Below, piece by piece: positions 1 to 10,455 of a stretch of DNA of 64,000 nt; within the stretch, counting starts at the first letter, position 1; each line of letters opens with the position of its first letter. A model generated the notes under the pieces. That model was not told the origin of the DNA. It saw nothing but the letters and a program-made list of their open reading frames with translations, and made no database searches. The stretch spans positions 4,902 through 68,901 of IMG/VR virus record IMGVR_UViG_3300025769_000095. One strand, written 5' to 3'. Origin of the DNA: a virus. The position numbers and the translations under genes were made by a program.

Positions 1-16
1 TAACCAATACAGGATA

Positions 17-1291
17 ATGACATGGATAGATAAGAAAATTAAAGCAATGGACATTGTCCAAGATGAGGCAGTAAATACTTGGGCAAATAATAACTACAAA
101 GGTACTGTCGCTGCAACTACTGGGTCTGGTAAGTCTTTTATTGGTTGTAAAGCCATTATCAAAGCTTATGAAGATGGAGTTATTAAGAAAGGTAATAAGA
201 TTGGTTTCTTTGCAGAAACACAAGTAAGAGAAAATACCTTTCGTGAAGAAGAGTTTCCCAAGTTTAAGCAAGTAACAGGACATGATTTGGAAAAACTCTT
301 TGACGTACAATTCAGATGCTATCAAGGTAATCCTACCAAGAAGGAACAGTTTGATATGATTATATGCGATGAGATATCAGAAATGCTCACAGCAAAGTAT
401 CATGATCCTTTGTTCTTTGATGGGCCAAAGATTGGTCTGGATGCTACTGTCCCTGAAGCATTGTCTGTGTACAGAAATGAACTTCCTCACACAATGCTCA
501 ACAAAATAAATCAGGGCAAGAAAAAACGTGATGAGGGTATTATTACAGAGCTTATCAACAAGGGTGAGCTGCTTGATATGTACATGCCTGTTGTGTATGA
601 GTTGTCTTATGAGGATGCTGTAAGATTTGGTATTGTTGCTCCATCTAATGTCTTTGTGATAGACCATTCTTTGGACAACAATAAAAAGAACATGAAACCC
701 TTTAAGTCAAAAGATTTTTACACCACAGAGTTTGATTATTGGAATAGAAAGTTTAACTTGTCAAGAGATTTCACCAAGAGTCCCTTTGTAAGGCTTTCTC
801 AGGCAAGAGAACTGTCTGCTTTTATATCTACTATGCCATCCAAATTTGAAGCAATCAAAGGCATTGTAGCATCTTCTGTTAACAAGACTATTGTATTTAA
901 TCAAAAGCTTGAACCATTGAGGTTGATAAATCTCAACGTGGCAGAGAAAGACAACACTCAGTATTTAATTGACCAGTTTAATGATGATGAAATTACAAAC
1001 ATTGCATCTGCTATTAAACTAAAACGTGGTATTACGCTCAAGAAATGTACAAATGTGGTAATTGCAACACCTTACCAGAATTTTCATCATTTTGAGCAGA
1101 TGAGAGGACGTGCTGTAAGACTTGATTATGAAAACAAGATAGCCAATATCATTGTGTTCAGAACAAATGGAACATACGAGGAGAAATGGTTTGATAACAT
1201 GCAGAATGTATATAGTCTGGATGGTGACCTAAAACGAACAGTATATATGGGAGATGAAATTAAATTTGTATCATCTAAAAGATTTTTATGA
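17..1291 (+). CDS. Superfamily 2 (DEAD/DEAH-like) helicase
   Basis: Walker A TTGSGKS, motif II ICDEI, motif III-like LDAT, motif VI QMRGRAVR. Confidence 0.85.
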   Translation: MTWIDKKIKAMDIVQDEAVNTWANNNYKGTVAATTGSGKSFIGCKAIIKAYEDGVIKKGNKIGFFAETQVRENTFREEEFPKFKQVTGHDLEKLFDVQFRCYQGNPTKKEQFDMIICDEISEMLTAKYHDPLFFDGPKIGLDATVPEALSVYRNELPHTMLNKINQGKKKRDEGIITELINKGELLDMYMPVVYELSYEDAVRFGIVAPSNVFVIDHSLDNNKKNMKPFKSKDFYTTEFDYWNRKFNLSRDFTKSPFVRLSQARELSAFISTMPSKFEAIKGIVASSVNKTIVFNQKLEPLRLINLNVAEKDNTQYLIDQFNDDEITNIASAIKLKRGITLKKCTNVVIATPYQNFHHFEQMRGRAVRLDYENKIANIIVFRTNGTYEEKWFDNMQNVYSLDGDLKRTVYMGDEIKFVSSKRFL

Positions 1292-1914
1292 ATGCGTTTA
1301 ATTATGAGTTATTGCAAGGCTTGCCACCAAATGACATGGATTTGGCAAAGATTATTTTATTCACAATCAACCAAAATTTGAGAATCTATGATTACTTAGA
1401 AGTAGAAGATGGAAGAGTCGTTATGTGTAATGACTTAAAACAAGATGTAAACAGGATAGTACGTCAGCTTATTGATAATAATGTAATTGTGGCTGATTAT
1501 GAAGGTGAAATTAGATTGTCACCAATGATGCCATTATTTGCAACTGATGCTGTCAATAATAACCTTGATGTACAATCTATCCGTAAGTATTTCAAACACA
1601 CTTATCTTGAAGAAAACTTTGGGTTAAGTATTGCAGGTAAAATGGGTGATGTTAAAACCTGTCAAAGAAATTTGGAATATGTCAAACAAGATTATGCTGA
1701 GTTATTTAGGCATGTGACGAATGAATTACTAGAAGAAGCGTCTCGCAGGTATATTCAATCTTGTATTGACCAAGATAGATTTATACTTGATTGTGATAAC
1801 TTCATCTACAATGGAAAGAGTAAATTGTGTGAATTCATAGAAATGGTAATAGATGAAGGAATTAGAGAAGATACAATCAAACCAGGACAGGCTCAAGATT
1901 GGACTGAGGAATAG
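1288..1914 (+). CDS. Hypothetical protein, possible replication initiator or helicase loader
   Basis: 208-aa ORF with an ATGA overlap to the helicase, directly upstream of the DnaB-like gene; function inferred from position only. Confidence 0.4.
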   Translation: MNAFNYELLQGLPPNDMDLAKIILFTINQNLRIYDYLEVEDGRVVMCNDLKQDVNRIVRQLIDNNVIVADYEGEIRLSPMMPLFATDAVNNNLDVQSIRKYFKHTYLEENFGLSIAGKMGDVKTCQRNLEYVKQDYAELFRHVTNELLEEASRRYIQSCIDQDRFILDCDNFIYNGKSKLCEFIEMVIDEGIREDTIKPGQAQDWTEE

Positions 1915-2893
1915 TCTTATTCTTGATACTTACTTTCCTAAGCTCTCTCAATACGTTCCTGCAATTATTCCTAACGATTATATTATTCTTGCTGGCAGAA
2001 CTGGTACAGGTAAATCAAGAATGCTAAGAACATTTATTAAAGTTATTATTTCTGATGCTAAGAAATATAACTATCAAGCAAAAGTGTTCTTAAATGCATT
2101 AGAAGAAACACCTGAAAGAATCAGAGCTGCATGGGTTCTTCAAAAGCTTATTACTGATTACAACATTAATATGACATTTTATGACCTGATGGGTTATAAA
2201 GGAAGAATCCATACTTTAGAAGAATCTAAGGCTATTGAAAAATGCTATCAATCATTCTATGATGAGGTGCATCCTTATCTTGATATTGTAGCAATTAGAC
2301 AGCCATTTGGATTTTACAAGTATGTTCGTGAATGGGCATATGGCAAGGGTAAATTCTATTATGATCAAAGGGATAATGATAGAATTGTTTCAAGCAGGGA
2401 GGTTGATCCTAAAACTGAAGCATACAGTAGGTTTGAACCACATGATCCTAATCTAAAGGTATATGTGGCAACAGACCATATACTGTTCTATGCTCCTGAG
2501 AAAGGTAAAAGCAAGTGGGAAACTATTATTGATTATTCCAAGACGTATTGTCGTGGCATGCTTAATAATGTGTATAACTTTACTGTTATTAATCTTTCTC
2601 AGTTCTCAGCAGAAAGCGAGAAGAAGCAATTCAATCTCAAGGGTCAGAATATTGTAGAGAAGCTTGAACCAGACCTTACAAGTTTTGCAGAGGTAAAGCC
2701 TATTGTAGATGATGCAACCATTGTGTGGGGTATGTTCTATCCAAAGAGATATGGCATCAAAAAGCACAATGGATTTGAAGTATTTGATACAATGCGTTCT
2801 ATGCACTTGCTTAAAACTCGTGAGGGTAGGGCTGATGATATTATTTCTTTTCAAATGCTACCTGAAAAAGAATTGATGGTAGAATTAAAATGA
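1853..2893 (+). CDS. dnaB: DnaB-like (SF4) replicative helicase lacking the N-terminal domain
   Basis: Walker A AGRTGTGKS, ALEE, Walker B VATDHI, LSQ motif, DDATIVWG, LKTREG arginine finger. Confidence 0.85.
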   Translation: MKELEKIQSNQDRLKIGLRNSLILDTYFPKLSQYVPAIIPNDYIILAGRTGTGKSRMLRTFIKVIISDAKKYNYQAKVFLNALEETPERIRAAWVLQKLITDYNINMTFYDLMGYKGRIHTLEESKAIEKCYQSFYDEVHPYLDIVAIRQPFGFYKYVREWAYGKGKFYYDQRDNDRIVSSREVDPKTEAYSRFEPHDPNLKVYVATDHILFYAPEKGKSKWETIIDYSKTYCRGMLNNVYNFTVINLSQFSAESEKKQFNLKGQNIVEKLEPDLTSFAEVKPIVDDATIVWGMFYPKRYGIKKHNGFEVFDTMRSMHLLKTREGRADDIISFQMLPEKELMVELK

Positions 2894-3580
2894 TTGTTTA
2901 TGAAAATTAAATCTGTTGTCATTGACACACTTACTGGTCTCATGGAGCAAGAATATGCAGAGGCTGGTAGACGTAAAATGATTGATCGTGTAAAATGGAA
3001 AGATTGGGCATTAGATGTTGCCCATCTTGTAGATTTCCTTCGTAATGAGGGTTTTGTTTGTGTGCTTGTTGTAGGTTATCCTGGTTCAGGTAAATCCTAT
3101 GGCATAAAAACTTTACCTGAAGGTTCTAATGTATGGTATAATTGTGACAAAAAGAATCCTACTTGGCAAGGTGGTAAAGCTGTTTATGGCTCTATCAATA
3201 CACCTACTAAGTTTCATGTATTGCCTAAATCATATGATGATATTATGAATCATGTGAAGGTATTGAAGAGTAAGGATGTATTTGATGCAGAACCAATAGC
3301 ATTTCTTATTGGCCATATTGAGGACTTCAAAACAAAGGATGGTCAGATTAGACAGAAATTTAAAACTCTGGGTAGTTTGACTAACAAGCTTGATATAGAA
3401 GCAAAGATGACAGAGGTGTTGTATTCCGAAGTTATTATGGATGATAATGACACACGTAAGTATTTGTTTAGAACAGCTGCTCAACCTACTGACAGTTGTC
3501 GTTCTTCAGAAGGTATGTTTCCAACTGAGTATATCAGCAATGACTTTAGAGTTATAATCGAATCTATTAATAATTATTAA
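2894..3580 (+). CDS. Sak4/AAA_24-like P-loop ATPase with rearranged motif order
   Basis: GYPGSGKS Walker A; VVIDT Walker B-like strand lies N-terminal to it; GHIE and C-terminal RSSEGMF...ISND motifs. Confidence 0.75.
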   Translation: MFMKIKSVVIDTLTGLMEQEYAEAGRRKMIDRVKWKDWALDVAHLVDFLRNEGFVCVLVVGYPGSGKSYGIKTLPEGSNVWYNCDKKNPTWQGGKAVYGSINTPTKFHVLPKSYDDIMNHVKVLKSKDVFDAEPIAFLIGHIEDFKTKDGQIRQKFKTLGSLTNKLDIEAKMTEVLYSEVIMDDNDTRKYLFRTAAQPTDSCRSSEGMFPTEYISNDFRVIIESINNY

Positions 3581-3611
3581 CCTTTTTCTTAATTCTTAAA
3601 TCTTAAATGTT

Positions 3612-4169
3612 ATGTTGGATTTTTCAAAGATTTCTTACGTTGGTCAGTCCACAGGTTCTTCACGTTCAAAAAGTTCTGAGCCTAATTGGCCAGTAGTTCA
3701 ACTCCAAACTACAGGTTTTAAGCAGGCTCGTAGCCTTTGGTTTAGCAAACTTGCTCTCAAGGAGCTTGGTGTTGATCTTGAGCAGGATGCACGTCCTTTC
3801 GTGTCTTTCTGGTCTATGGATGGTCAAATGGGCTTCCTCTTGGCTGATGAGGATAACCACGTTGGTACATCTTTCAAGCTTGGTAAAGTTTCCCAAAAGG
3901 TAAACTGTAAGCCAGCATACAATGCGCTTTGCAAGCACTTTAATCTTCAGACTGAAGCCATCATGAATGAGAGTGAAGACACAGGTGATATTACACTTGT
4001 GCAAAATGAAGATTTTAGTTTCAATTTGGTAGGTGAACACGAAGGACGTAAGTATTATGTTCTTGAGTACAGTCCAAGTGAAGAAGCTCCTGAAGTAATT
4101 GAGGAGCAACGTGCTGATGCTCAAATGGCAACTATTGAGCAAGATAATGGCTATGACACTCCGTTCTAA
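3612..4169 (+). CDS. Hypothetical protein with SSB-like acidic tail
   Basis: 185-aa ORF ending in an acidic tail ...YDTPF; followed by a terminator hairpin. Confidence 0.45.
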   Translation: MLDFSKISYVGQSTGSSRSKSSEPNWPVVQLQTTGFKQARSLWFSKLALKELGVDLEQDARPFVSFWSMDGQMGFLLADEDNHVGTSFKLGKVSQKVNCKPAYNALCKHFNLQTEAIMNESEDTGDITLVQNEDFSFNLVGEHEGRKYYVLEYSPSEEAPEVIEEQRADAQMATIEQDNGYDTPF

Positions 4170-4181
4170 TTAATTTTTAAT

Positions 4182-4227
4182 GGGGGTTTGTTATTTATGG
4201 CAAACCCCCTATCTTTAACTTCTTTTC
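4182..4227 (+). terminator. Probable intrinsic terminator or stem-loop
   Basis: GGGGGTTTGTTAT/ATGGCAAACCCCC inverted repeat followed by a T-rich tract. Confidence 0.65.
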
Positions 4228-4247
4228 TTCATTACAAATTTTAACGT

Positions 4248-5096
4248 ATGAGTGATTTCTTAGGTGTAAATCAAGAGAGTAGAGCACCCTACACAGGCCC
4301 TGTTGTTGCACAAGTATTGGGAGTAAATCTCAATGAAGATCAACTTAAACAGTTGAATGCTTCAGAAAACTTTGCAAAAGCATTTGGTAATCCATTGGAA
4401 ACACCTCTGACTAACGAGGTAACACTTCCTGACGGCACAACTACAACAGTAGAGCTGCAAAGCCTTACTGTGTTCTTTCAGCCAAACAGAGAGGAAGTAA
4501 ATCAAATCTTTCCTGCTACATTGTATCTTGGTAATGCTGTTAGATATTCCCAAAGTGGGAATGCTCAGTATATTACTAAGCAAGGTGTAACTTCTTATCC
4601 TAAGAGGGACACAGGTAAGGTACCTGATTTTATTCTCAACATGGATCCAACTCCTCGTGAAGCTCGCATTGGTGAGGGTGAATACTATGACTTTCTTGAG
4701 AAAGCTCTTGGTTTTGATTCTGTCAAAGCAAAGGAACAAAATATTTACATTGTTCCGTGGGCAGAGCAGAATGGATTTGGCTTTACCCATGTTGTAGAAG
4801 GTAATGTTACTAAGCTGAATGAAATGCTGAATAAATTCAGCAAAGGCATGGTCATTACTATTGGTGTAAATCCTGACACATCTCAAATGAAGGTTATTCT
4901 TCGTCCTGAGTCTACTTACAAGAACTATAATGAGGTTCCAGCTGGTTTTGTAAGTAAGCTACAAAAGAAGATTACTGACCCTGACTATCCTTTGAGCAAA
5001 ACATTGGATGTCACATCTACTTTCCAGAAATATACTGGGGAGGATCAAAATACTTCTCCTCAAACAGGAGGTATTACTGATGATATAGGTTGGTAA
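4248..5096 (+). CDS. Putative crAss-type single-stranded DNA-binding protein
   Basis: YTG...VLGVN N-terminus, REARIGEGE motif, acidic-aromatic tail TDDIGW, lies just upstream of primase. Confidence 0.6.
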   Translation: MSDFLGVNQESRAPYTGPVVAQVLGVNLNEDQLKQLNASENFAKAFGNPLETPLTNEVTLPDGTTTTVELQSLTVFFQPNREEVNQIFPATLYLGNAVRYSQSGNAQYITKQGVTSYPKRDTGKVPDFILNMDPTPREARIGEGEYYDFLEKALGFDSVKAKEQNIYIVPWAEQNGFGFTHVVEGNVTKLNEMLNKFSKGMVITIGVNPDTSQMKVILRPESTYKNYNEVPAGFVSKLQKKITDPDYPLSKTLDVTSTFQKYTGEDQNTSPQTGGITDDIGW

Positions 5097-5103
5097 AAAA
5101 AGT

Positions 5104-5139
5104 AAGAGTCTTGGGGTAGCTCCCAAGACTCTTTTCTTT
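5104..5139 (+). terminator. Rho-independent terminator
   Basis: Perfect 12-bp stem AAGAGTCTTGGG/CCCAAGACTCTT followed by TTCTTT. Confidence 0.85.
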
Positions 5140-5166
5140 AAAAACTCGAATCTATATACAAATGTT

Positions 5167-6189
5167 ATGCAGAACTCTTACCTAGGTTGTATTCAAAATG
5201 AATACATAAACAAAGATACTCTTTTAACACAAATCAACCAAGAAAAAGTTTGGTCTGACTTACTTAATTTTGACGTAAGTGTAGGTAGACATTTTGTAAA
5301 TCCTTGGAGATCAGACAATTCACCTGGTTGTTATTTGTATGAAAGTAATGGAATTTTAAGACTTTGTGATTTTGGCTCAAGAGATATGTTTCACACAATG
5401 GATATTTGCTCTGTTATAATGTATCTGCATAATATATCTTTTGCAGAAAGTTTAGTGTATATAAAGAACAATTATCTATTTGCTAACTTCTCTTCTAATT
5501 CTTACGAACAAATTAAATCTACAAATAGTTTTGAATTCTTTCTACAAGTGATTCCACGAGCAAGTTTTGATTGTCCTATATGGAATAAAGCCGATGCAGA
5601 CTTATGGTCTGTTATAGATGTTACACGAGATGATTTATATGAAGAGGATATATGGCCTGTACATTCGTTTAGAATGAATAGTCATAAAGAACCTCATATC
5701 TTAAAAAAGTATTTTGCTCAAGCACCATCGTATGTTATATTCATAGATGGTAAAGCAAAGATTAGATTATATGGCAATGACAATATTAGATTTATCAGCA
5801 ATTTTGATGCTTCTACACTTGGTGGTAAATCTCCTATTTATAATCACAAGTTTTTAATTGTAACAAAGAGTCTTAAAGACTATTTTGTATTTACTAAACT
5901 TGGTTATCAATGTAGATATATCCACAATGAGGGTATTTTGCTTGATAGTAAGTTGATTAATTTCTTTAATAAGTTTGATGAAGTATTATTCTTTATGGAT
6001 AATGATCAAACAGGTATTTACAATGCAGCTCGTTATGCCCAACTTGTAAAGAATGGCAGAACTGGATATATTCCTGAGGTATTTGCTCTTCAAGGTATAA
6101 AAGATCCTTATGAATTTTGTGAAAAGTATTCAATGGATAAGTTTAATGAACTAATTACTCATCAGAATTTTAAAATTATTACAAAATGA
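5167..6189 (+). CDS. DNA primase (DnaG-like, crAss type)
   Basis: Degenerate zinc-binding-like N-terminus NPWRSDNSPGC...DFG; Toprim TKSLKD, FMDNDQTG, KDPYE. Confidence 0.85.
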   Translation: MQNSYLGCIQNEYINKDTLLTQINQEKVWSDLLNFDVSVGRHFVNPWRSDNSPGCYLYESNGILRLCDFGSRDMFHTMDICSVIMYLHNISFAESLVYIKNNYLFANFSSNSYEQIKSTNSFEFFLQVIPRASFDCPIWNKADADLWSVIDVTRDDLYEEDIWPVHSFRMNSHKEPHILKKYFAQAPSYVIFIDGKAKIRLYGNDNIRFISNFDASTLGGKSPIYNHKFLIVTKSLKDYFVFTKLGYQCRYIHNEGILLDSKLINFFNKFDEVLFFMDNDQTGIYNAARYAQLVKNGRTGYIPEVFALQGIKDPYEFCEKYSMDKFNELITHQNFKIITK

Positions 6190-6920
6190 ATGCACAGGTT
6201 GTAAGAAACCCTAAAATGCCCAAGGTCATACATGATTCTTGGGCATTTTTATTTAACAAAGTAATGGATGATCCAAGATGGCGTGAAATAGAAAGAGTAG
6301 TAGGGACAAACAAACACAACATCTGCCCTGAACCTCAGAATATATTCAAAGCCTTCTCTATTCCAAGAGATAAGGTACAAGCAGTATTTCTTGGTTTGTC
6401 TCCTTATCAAAACTACAAGAGCGGAATGCTCTTTGCAACAGGTCTTGCCTTTGGTGTACCTGACAGAACTATGGACACTCCATCATTGCAAATTATTCGT
6501 GATGAATTGGAAAGAACGTATCCTACTTTCAATGTAGATGATCCAAGGATATTTGACTATACACTTGAGCATTGGCACAATCAAGGTGTAATGCTTCTTA
6601 ATTCAGCATTGACTGTTATCAAAAGAGCTGATGCAAGATGTCATTTGCATTTATGGGATTGGTTTACTCAAGAAGTTTTATGGTATATATCCTATAATAC
6701 TGCTCCAAAACCTTTTGTTTTTATGGGTAGAGACGCACAAAAGTTTAATAAGCATGTAGATGACAGTCTGCATACTATTATCAATGTGTATCATCCTGCT
6801 GCTGAAGCAAGAAACAAAGGTGGTCAGTATAGATTTACTGGAAGTGATGTATTTATTAAAGTAAATAATGTACTAATCAATCTTTATAACGAAAAAATTA
6901 ACTGGCTTTATGAAAATTGA
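6186..6920 (+). CDS. ung: Uracil-DNA glycosylase (family 1-like) with atypical catalytic loop
   Basis: PEPQNIFKAF, GLSPY (cf. GQDPY), GLAF, QGVMLLNSALTV, HPAA. Confidence 0.8.
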   Translation: MNAQVVRNPKMPKVIHDSWAFLFNKVMDDPRWREIERVVGTNKHNICPEPQNIFKAFSIPRDKVQAVFLGLSPYQNYKSGMLFATGLAFGVPDRTMDTPSLQIIRDELERTYPTFNVDDPRIFDYTLEHWHNQGVMLLNSALTVIKRADARCHLHLWDWFTQEVLWYISYNTAPKPFVFMGRDAQKFNKHVDDSLHTIINVYHPAAEARNKGGQYRFTGSDVFIKVNNVLINLYNEKINWLYEN

Positions 6921-9171
6921 AACTAATTACAATGATTCAGTATCTACTCTGAGTGGCTTTGACATGAAGGTAGATGGTGAGTCAAATGAGCTGTTGATGT
7001 ATATTCTTTCTCAAGGCTATTCTGATCCTATTGGTAGTATTGTGAGAGAGTATTCTACAAATGCCATTGATGCCCACATTGAGGCTGGTAAGATGGATGA
7101 GCCTATTGTTATTCATGTTGATGACTCTGTCTTTCAAGTACAAGACTTTGGTACTGGCATGGATAAGGAAAGGATTACCAATGTGTTTTGTAAGTTTCTT
7201 GGTTCAACCAAGAGAGATACAAATGAAATACATGGTGGCTTTGGTCTGGGTGCAAAGTCTGCTTTGGCATACAGAGATCATTTTATGATTTATACTGTGA
7301 AAGATAACTATCATCACAGGCTTGTTATGCGTAAAGGCAATAATTCTATTCGTCTTGAAACAATCTCTGAAGGCTACACAGATGAGATTAATGGTACAAA
7401 GATTACAGTACCATTACTTAGTGTCTATGATAAGTCTAAGTTTGTTCAGGCCATGAAGGATCAATTGGCTTACTTTGATAATGTTACATTTACTCCATCA
7501 ACAAGAATCTCTAATGATTTTAAACTGTATGAGGGTAAGCATTTCAAAGTATCTTCTCTTGCAGAAGAAAACAAACCTACAATCTTGCTTGGTAGTGTAA
7601 ACTATCCTTCTTCTAATAAACTGTCAAGTTGGTATGGTTGGCCAATAGCTCTTAAGTTTGACATTGGAGATTTAAAAGTTACTCCTTACAGAGAAAGTAT
7701 CATTTATGATGATACGGCCATTGAAAAGATTAAAGAGAAGTTTGAATTAGCTAAGAAGGAAATTACAGAATATGCAATAGAATTGTATAATGAAAGTATT
7801 TCTGATGCTAAGGAATATATGATTCATTTGTTTCAGTATCAAAGAAAAGGTGTACAATTATTTGATAAAACCTTTCCTGAGTTATCTGTACCAAAGAAGA
7901 GGTATTCTAAGTTCAAGTACATCAAAAGTGCACACTTTTATCAGGATTCTGTAATAGGGCCTTTAGATGCTAAACTTCAGTCTTATTACACATTAGATCA
8001 TACTAATAATGGCAGACGTTCAAGAGAGTATGTTGTTTCTAAAAGTACCAAAGGATGGACTTTAAAGGATATGCTTCACAATAATGACTTAAACTTGATA
8101 TGTACTTATCCAAATACAAAATGGTCTACTGTGACAAATAAGTATTTGACAAGAACATTCAATAAAAGCATTAGGATTTTTAATATCAAGAGAAAGCGTA
8201 GTCTGTGGAAGCATTTTTATCTTCCTTTGCAACTAAATGAATATCCTCGTTCTCAATGGAGAGGTATTATCAATGAGTATCTTGAGTTTGAACGTGATTT
8301 GTTTAATGAGATTGTGTTTTATGATGACATCATAGTTCCAGAAGAGTTTAGAAAGCAGCTTAATAGTGAGAGGAAAAAGTCAATTCAAAAGAGAAAGACT
8401 TCTCCTAATGTAAAAATTAAAGTAGGTCGTAAGGGTCAAACATACCCTTATCTTCAGGTATTTGATATATCAATGAAGCTTGATGATGTTTATAATTTTA
8501 GAGAAGTCAGAAAGCATTCTCCTAAAGGCATTATTATTCATCATGATATAAATGTTCTTAGAAACCTACATTATCTTTTTACAACGCGTATTACCAATAG
8601 TCATGTTGAGAATTCTCATTTTGCTGTAGCTCTTGTAAATAAGAAAGTTTACAAACAACTTGAAACTTCTCAATTTCTGATTAAGTACGATGATTTTATA
8701 AGTAATTACTCCAGACATTTGAGTAAATTGTGCACAGCACTTATTATAAGCAATTGGTTTGGAAATATTTATAGAAAAATTCCTAACTTTAACAATAAAT
8801 TGTTTGAAGTTAGAATTCCTTTTTATAGTGATGAAACAAGAAAATTGCTTGATAAGCTACAAGACTATGTAAGGGATAATATGAATCATCGTATTTGTGA
8901 TATTGACAGCAGATTTATATACAATGGGAGAGAGTATCATTTTTCTCATTTATTAGACAAACACAAGGATCTTATTGATATTGCTGAAAAGAACAACTGG
9001 TGGGATAAAGCAGCACTTGATGATCTTAATAAATTTAAGAATTTAGTGTTTGACTTTTTACCTGTTGGCCAGACTAATTTTTCAGATCCTAATAGCACAA
9101 ACTGTGGATTTCTAGTAGAGTATTTTAAGTTAAAGAAAATTAAGTTAAATAAATCGTTCTATAACCTTTAA
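6910..9171 (+). CDS. rIIA: rIIA-like protein (GHKL/HSP90-like ATPase N-terminus)
   Basis: REYSTNAIDAH, DFGTGM, STK...GGFGLGAKS, NGTKIT; adjacent to an rIIB-like gene. Confidence 0.85.
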   Translation: MKIETNYNDSVSTLSGFDMKVDGESNELLMYILSQGYSDPIGSIVREYSTNAIDAHIEAGKMDEPIVIHVDDSVFQVQDFGTGMDKERITNVFCKFLGSTKRDTNEIHGGFGLGAKSALAYRDHFMIYTVKDNYHHRLVMRKGNNSIRLETISEGYTDEINGTKITVPLLSVYDKSKFVQAMKDQLAYFDNVTFTPSTRISNDFKLYEGKHFKVSSLAEENKPTILLGSVNYPSSNKLSSWYGWPIALKFDIGDLKVTPYRESIIYDDTAIEKIKEKFELAKKEITEYAIELYNESISDAKEYMIHLFQYQRKGVQLFDKTFPELSVPKKRYSKFKYIKSAHFYQDSVIGPLDAKLQSYYTLDHTNNGRRSREYVVSKSTKGWTLKDMLHNNDLNLICTYPNTKWSTVTNKYLTRTFNKSIRIFNIKRKRSLWKHFYLPLQLNEYPRSQWRGIINEYLEFERDLFNEIVFYDDIIVPEEFRKQLNSERKKSIQKRKTSPNVKIKVGRKGQTYPYLQVFDISMKLDDVYNFREVRKHSPKGIIIHHDINVLRNLHYLFTTRITNSHVENSHFAVALVNKKVYKQLETSQFLIKYDDFISNYSRHLSKLCTALIISNWFGNIYRKIPNFNNKLFEVRIPFYSDETRKLLDKLQDYVRDNMNHRICDIDSRFIYNGREYHFSHLLDKHKDLIDIAEKNNWWDKAALDDLNKFKNLVFDFLPVGQTNFSDPNSTNCGFLVEYFKLKKIKLNKSFYNL

Positions 9172-9181
9172 AATCTAAAGT

Positions 9182-10453
9182 ATGTTTAATTTCATTAAAT
9201 TAGGTGACCAGTACACTGTATTTGTAGGTGACAAAATCTATGAAGGTACACCTGAAGACCAAAGTGCTTTTATTGTAGATCTTCACAATGAAAATGAAGA
9301 TTTAGTTATCAAACATCTTTCTCCTGAGAGGTATTTTGAATCTGTAAAGAACAAGATTCTTGAGTCTATTGCTCAGTTTGATGAGTTTAGCTTAGAGAAT
9401 GGTTACTTGTTTTACAAGAACATTCCTTATGCATTACCTGATTTACTTGTTGATAAGATTGTAAAAGCTTATGATGGGCATCAGTCTTTGCTTCAGTTTG
9501 TGAAAGATATTACTCCTTATACAAACTTTTGGGGTTGGTGTGCATTGAATCCTAATGTTCATAGCAGAAAGCAACTGTTTAACTTTCTTGACAGGGCTGG
9601 TATTCAAATTACCAAAGATGGCATGCTTGTGTGTTACAGGAATGTCAATGTAAAACAAGAAGGTGATCTTGAATTGACAGAGTTTGTGTCTCAGCAGTAT
9701 ACTCGAATCAAGAAATGGAATAGTTCTCCAAAAGATTACATTATCCTTAGGGATAGTAGTGGTAATTTGCAATGTACAACAGTTACTCCATCCAATAATG
9801 ATATTGTATATGGTAACTTGCAGGGATTGTATGACAACATTGACAGGTTTGAATCTGTATTTACTGACAACTACACAGGTAAGTTTAGGATTGAACTAAA
9901 TAAGCCTGTTGTTATGGACAGGGAAAAGTGTGATCCTGACCCAGATTCTGATTGTTCTCATGGTTTGCATGTAGGTGGTGCATCATTTCTTAGAAGTGGA
10001 GACTTTGGTAATAAGCCAATAGCAGTATTGGTTAATCCAATGAATGTTGTTGCTGTTCCAGCATATAATCAATGGAAGATGCGCGTATGTGAGTATATGC
10101 CATTTGCTATTGTTGAGTATGATGAGGATAACAATATTAGGCCTATTGACACAGAAGTGATTGAGTTTGACTATAGTAAGTATTCAATTGATGAATTGTA
10201 TTCTGCTATTGATTATCCTCATGACCCTGATCATGCAGATGGAATTAGTGCCATTGCTGGAGATAAGAATGTTTATCTTAACTTTGTAGATAATATGCGA
10301 GAATTAATTGATAAACGAGTGACTTATTTATTCAAGCAGCAAGTAAACTATACTACCATTCAGAATGAAGAAGACAATTATTATACTGATGAGTATGATT
10401 ATGATGAGGATGCTGATGTTAATGAAGAATGGGTCTATGATGACACAATGTAA
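9182..10453 (+). CDS. rIIB: rIIB-like protein
   Basis: ITKDGMLVCYRNV, MDREKCDPD...CSHGLHVG, VNPMNVVAVP, KMRVCEY; acidic tail. Confidence 0.85.
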   Translation: MFNFIKLGDQYTVFVGDKIYEGTPEDQSAFIVDLHNENEDLVIKHLSPERYFESVKNKILESIAQFDEFSLENGYLFYKNIPYALPDLLVDKIVKAYDGHQSLLQFVKDITPYTNFWGWCALNPNVHSRKQLFNFLDRAGIQITKDGMLVCYRNVNVKQEGDLELTEFVSQQYTRIKKWNSSPKDYIILRDSSGNLQCTTVTPSNNDIVYGNLQGLYDNIDRFESVFTDNYTGKFRIELNKPVVMDREKCDPDPDSDCSHGLHVGGASFLRSGDFGNKPIAVLVNPMNVVAVPAYNQWKMRVCEYMPFAIVEYDEDNNIRPIDTEVIEFDYSKYSIDELYSAIDYPHDPDHADGISAIAGDKNVYLNFVDNMRELIDKRVTYLFKQQVNYTTIQNEEDNYYTDEYDYDEDADVNEEWVYDDTM

Positions 10454-10455
10454 TT

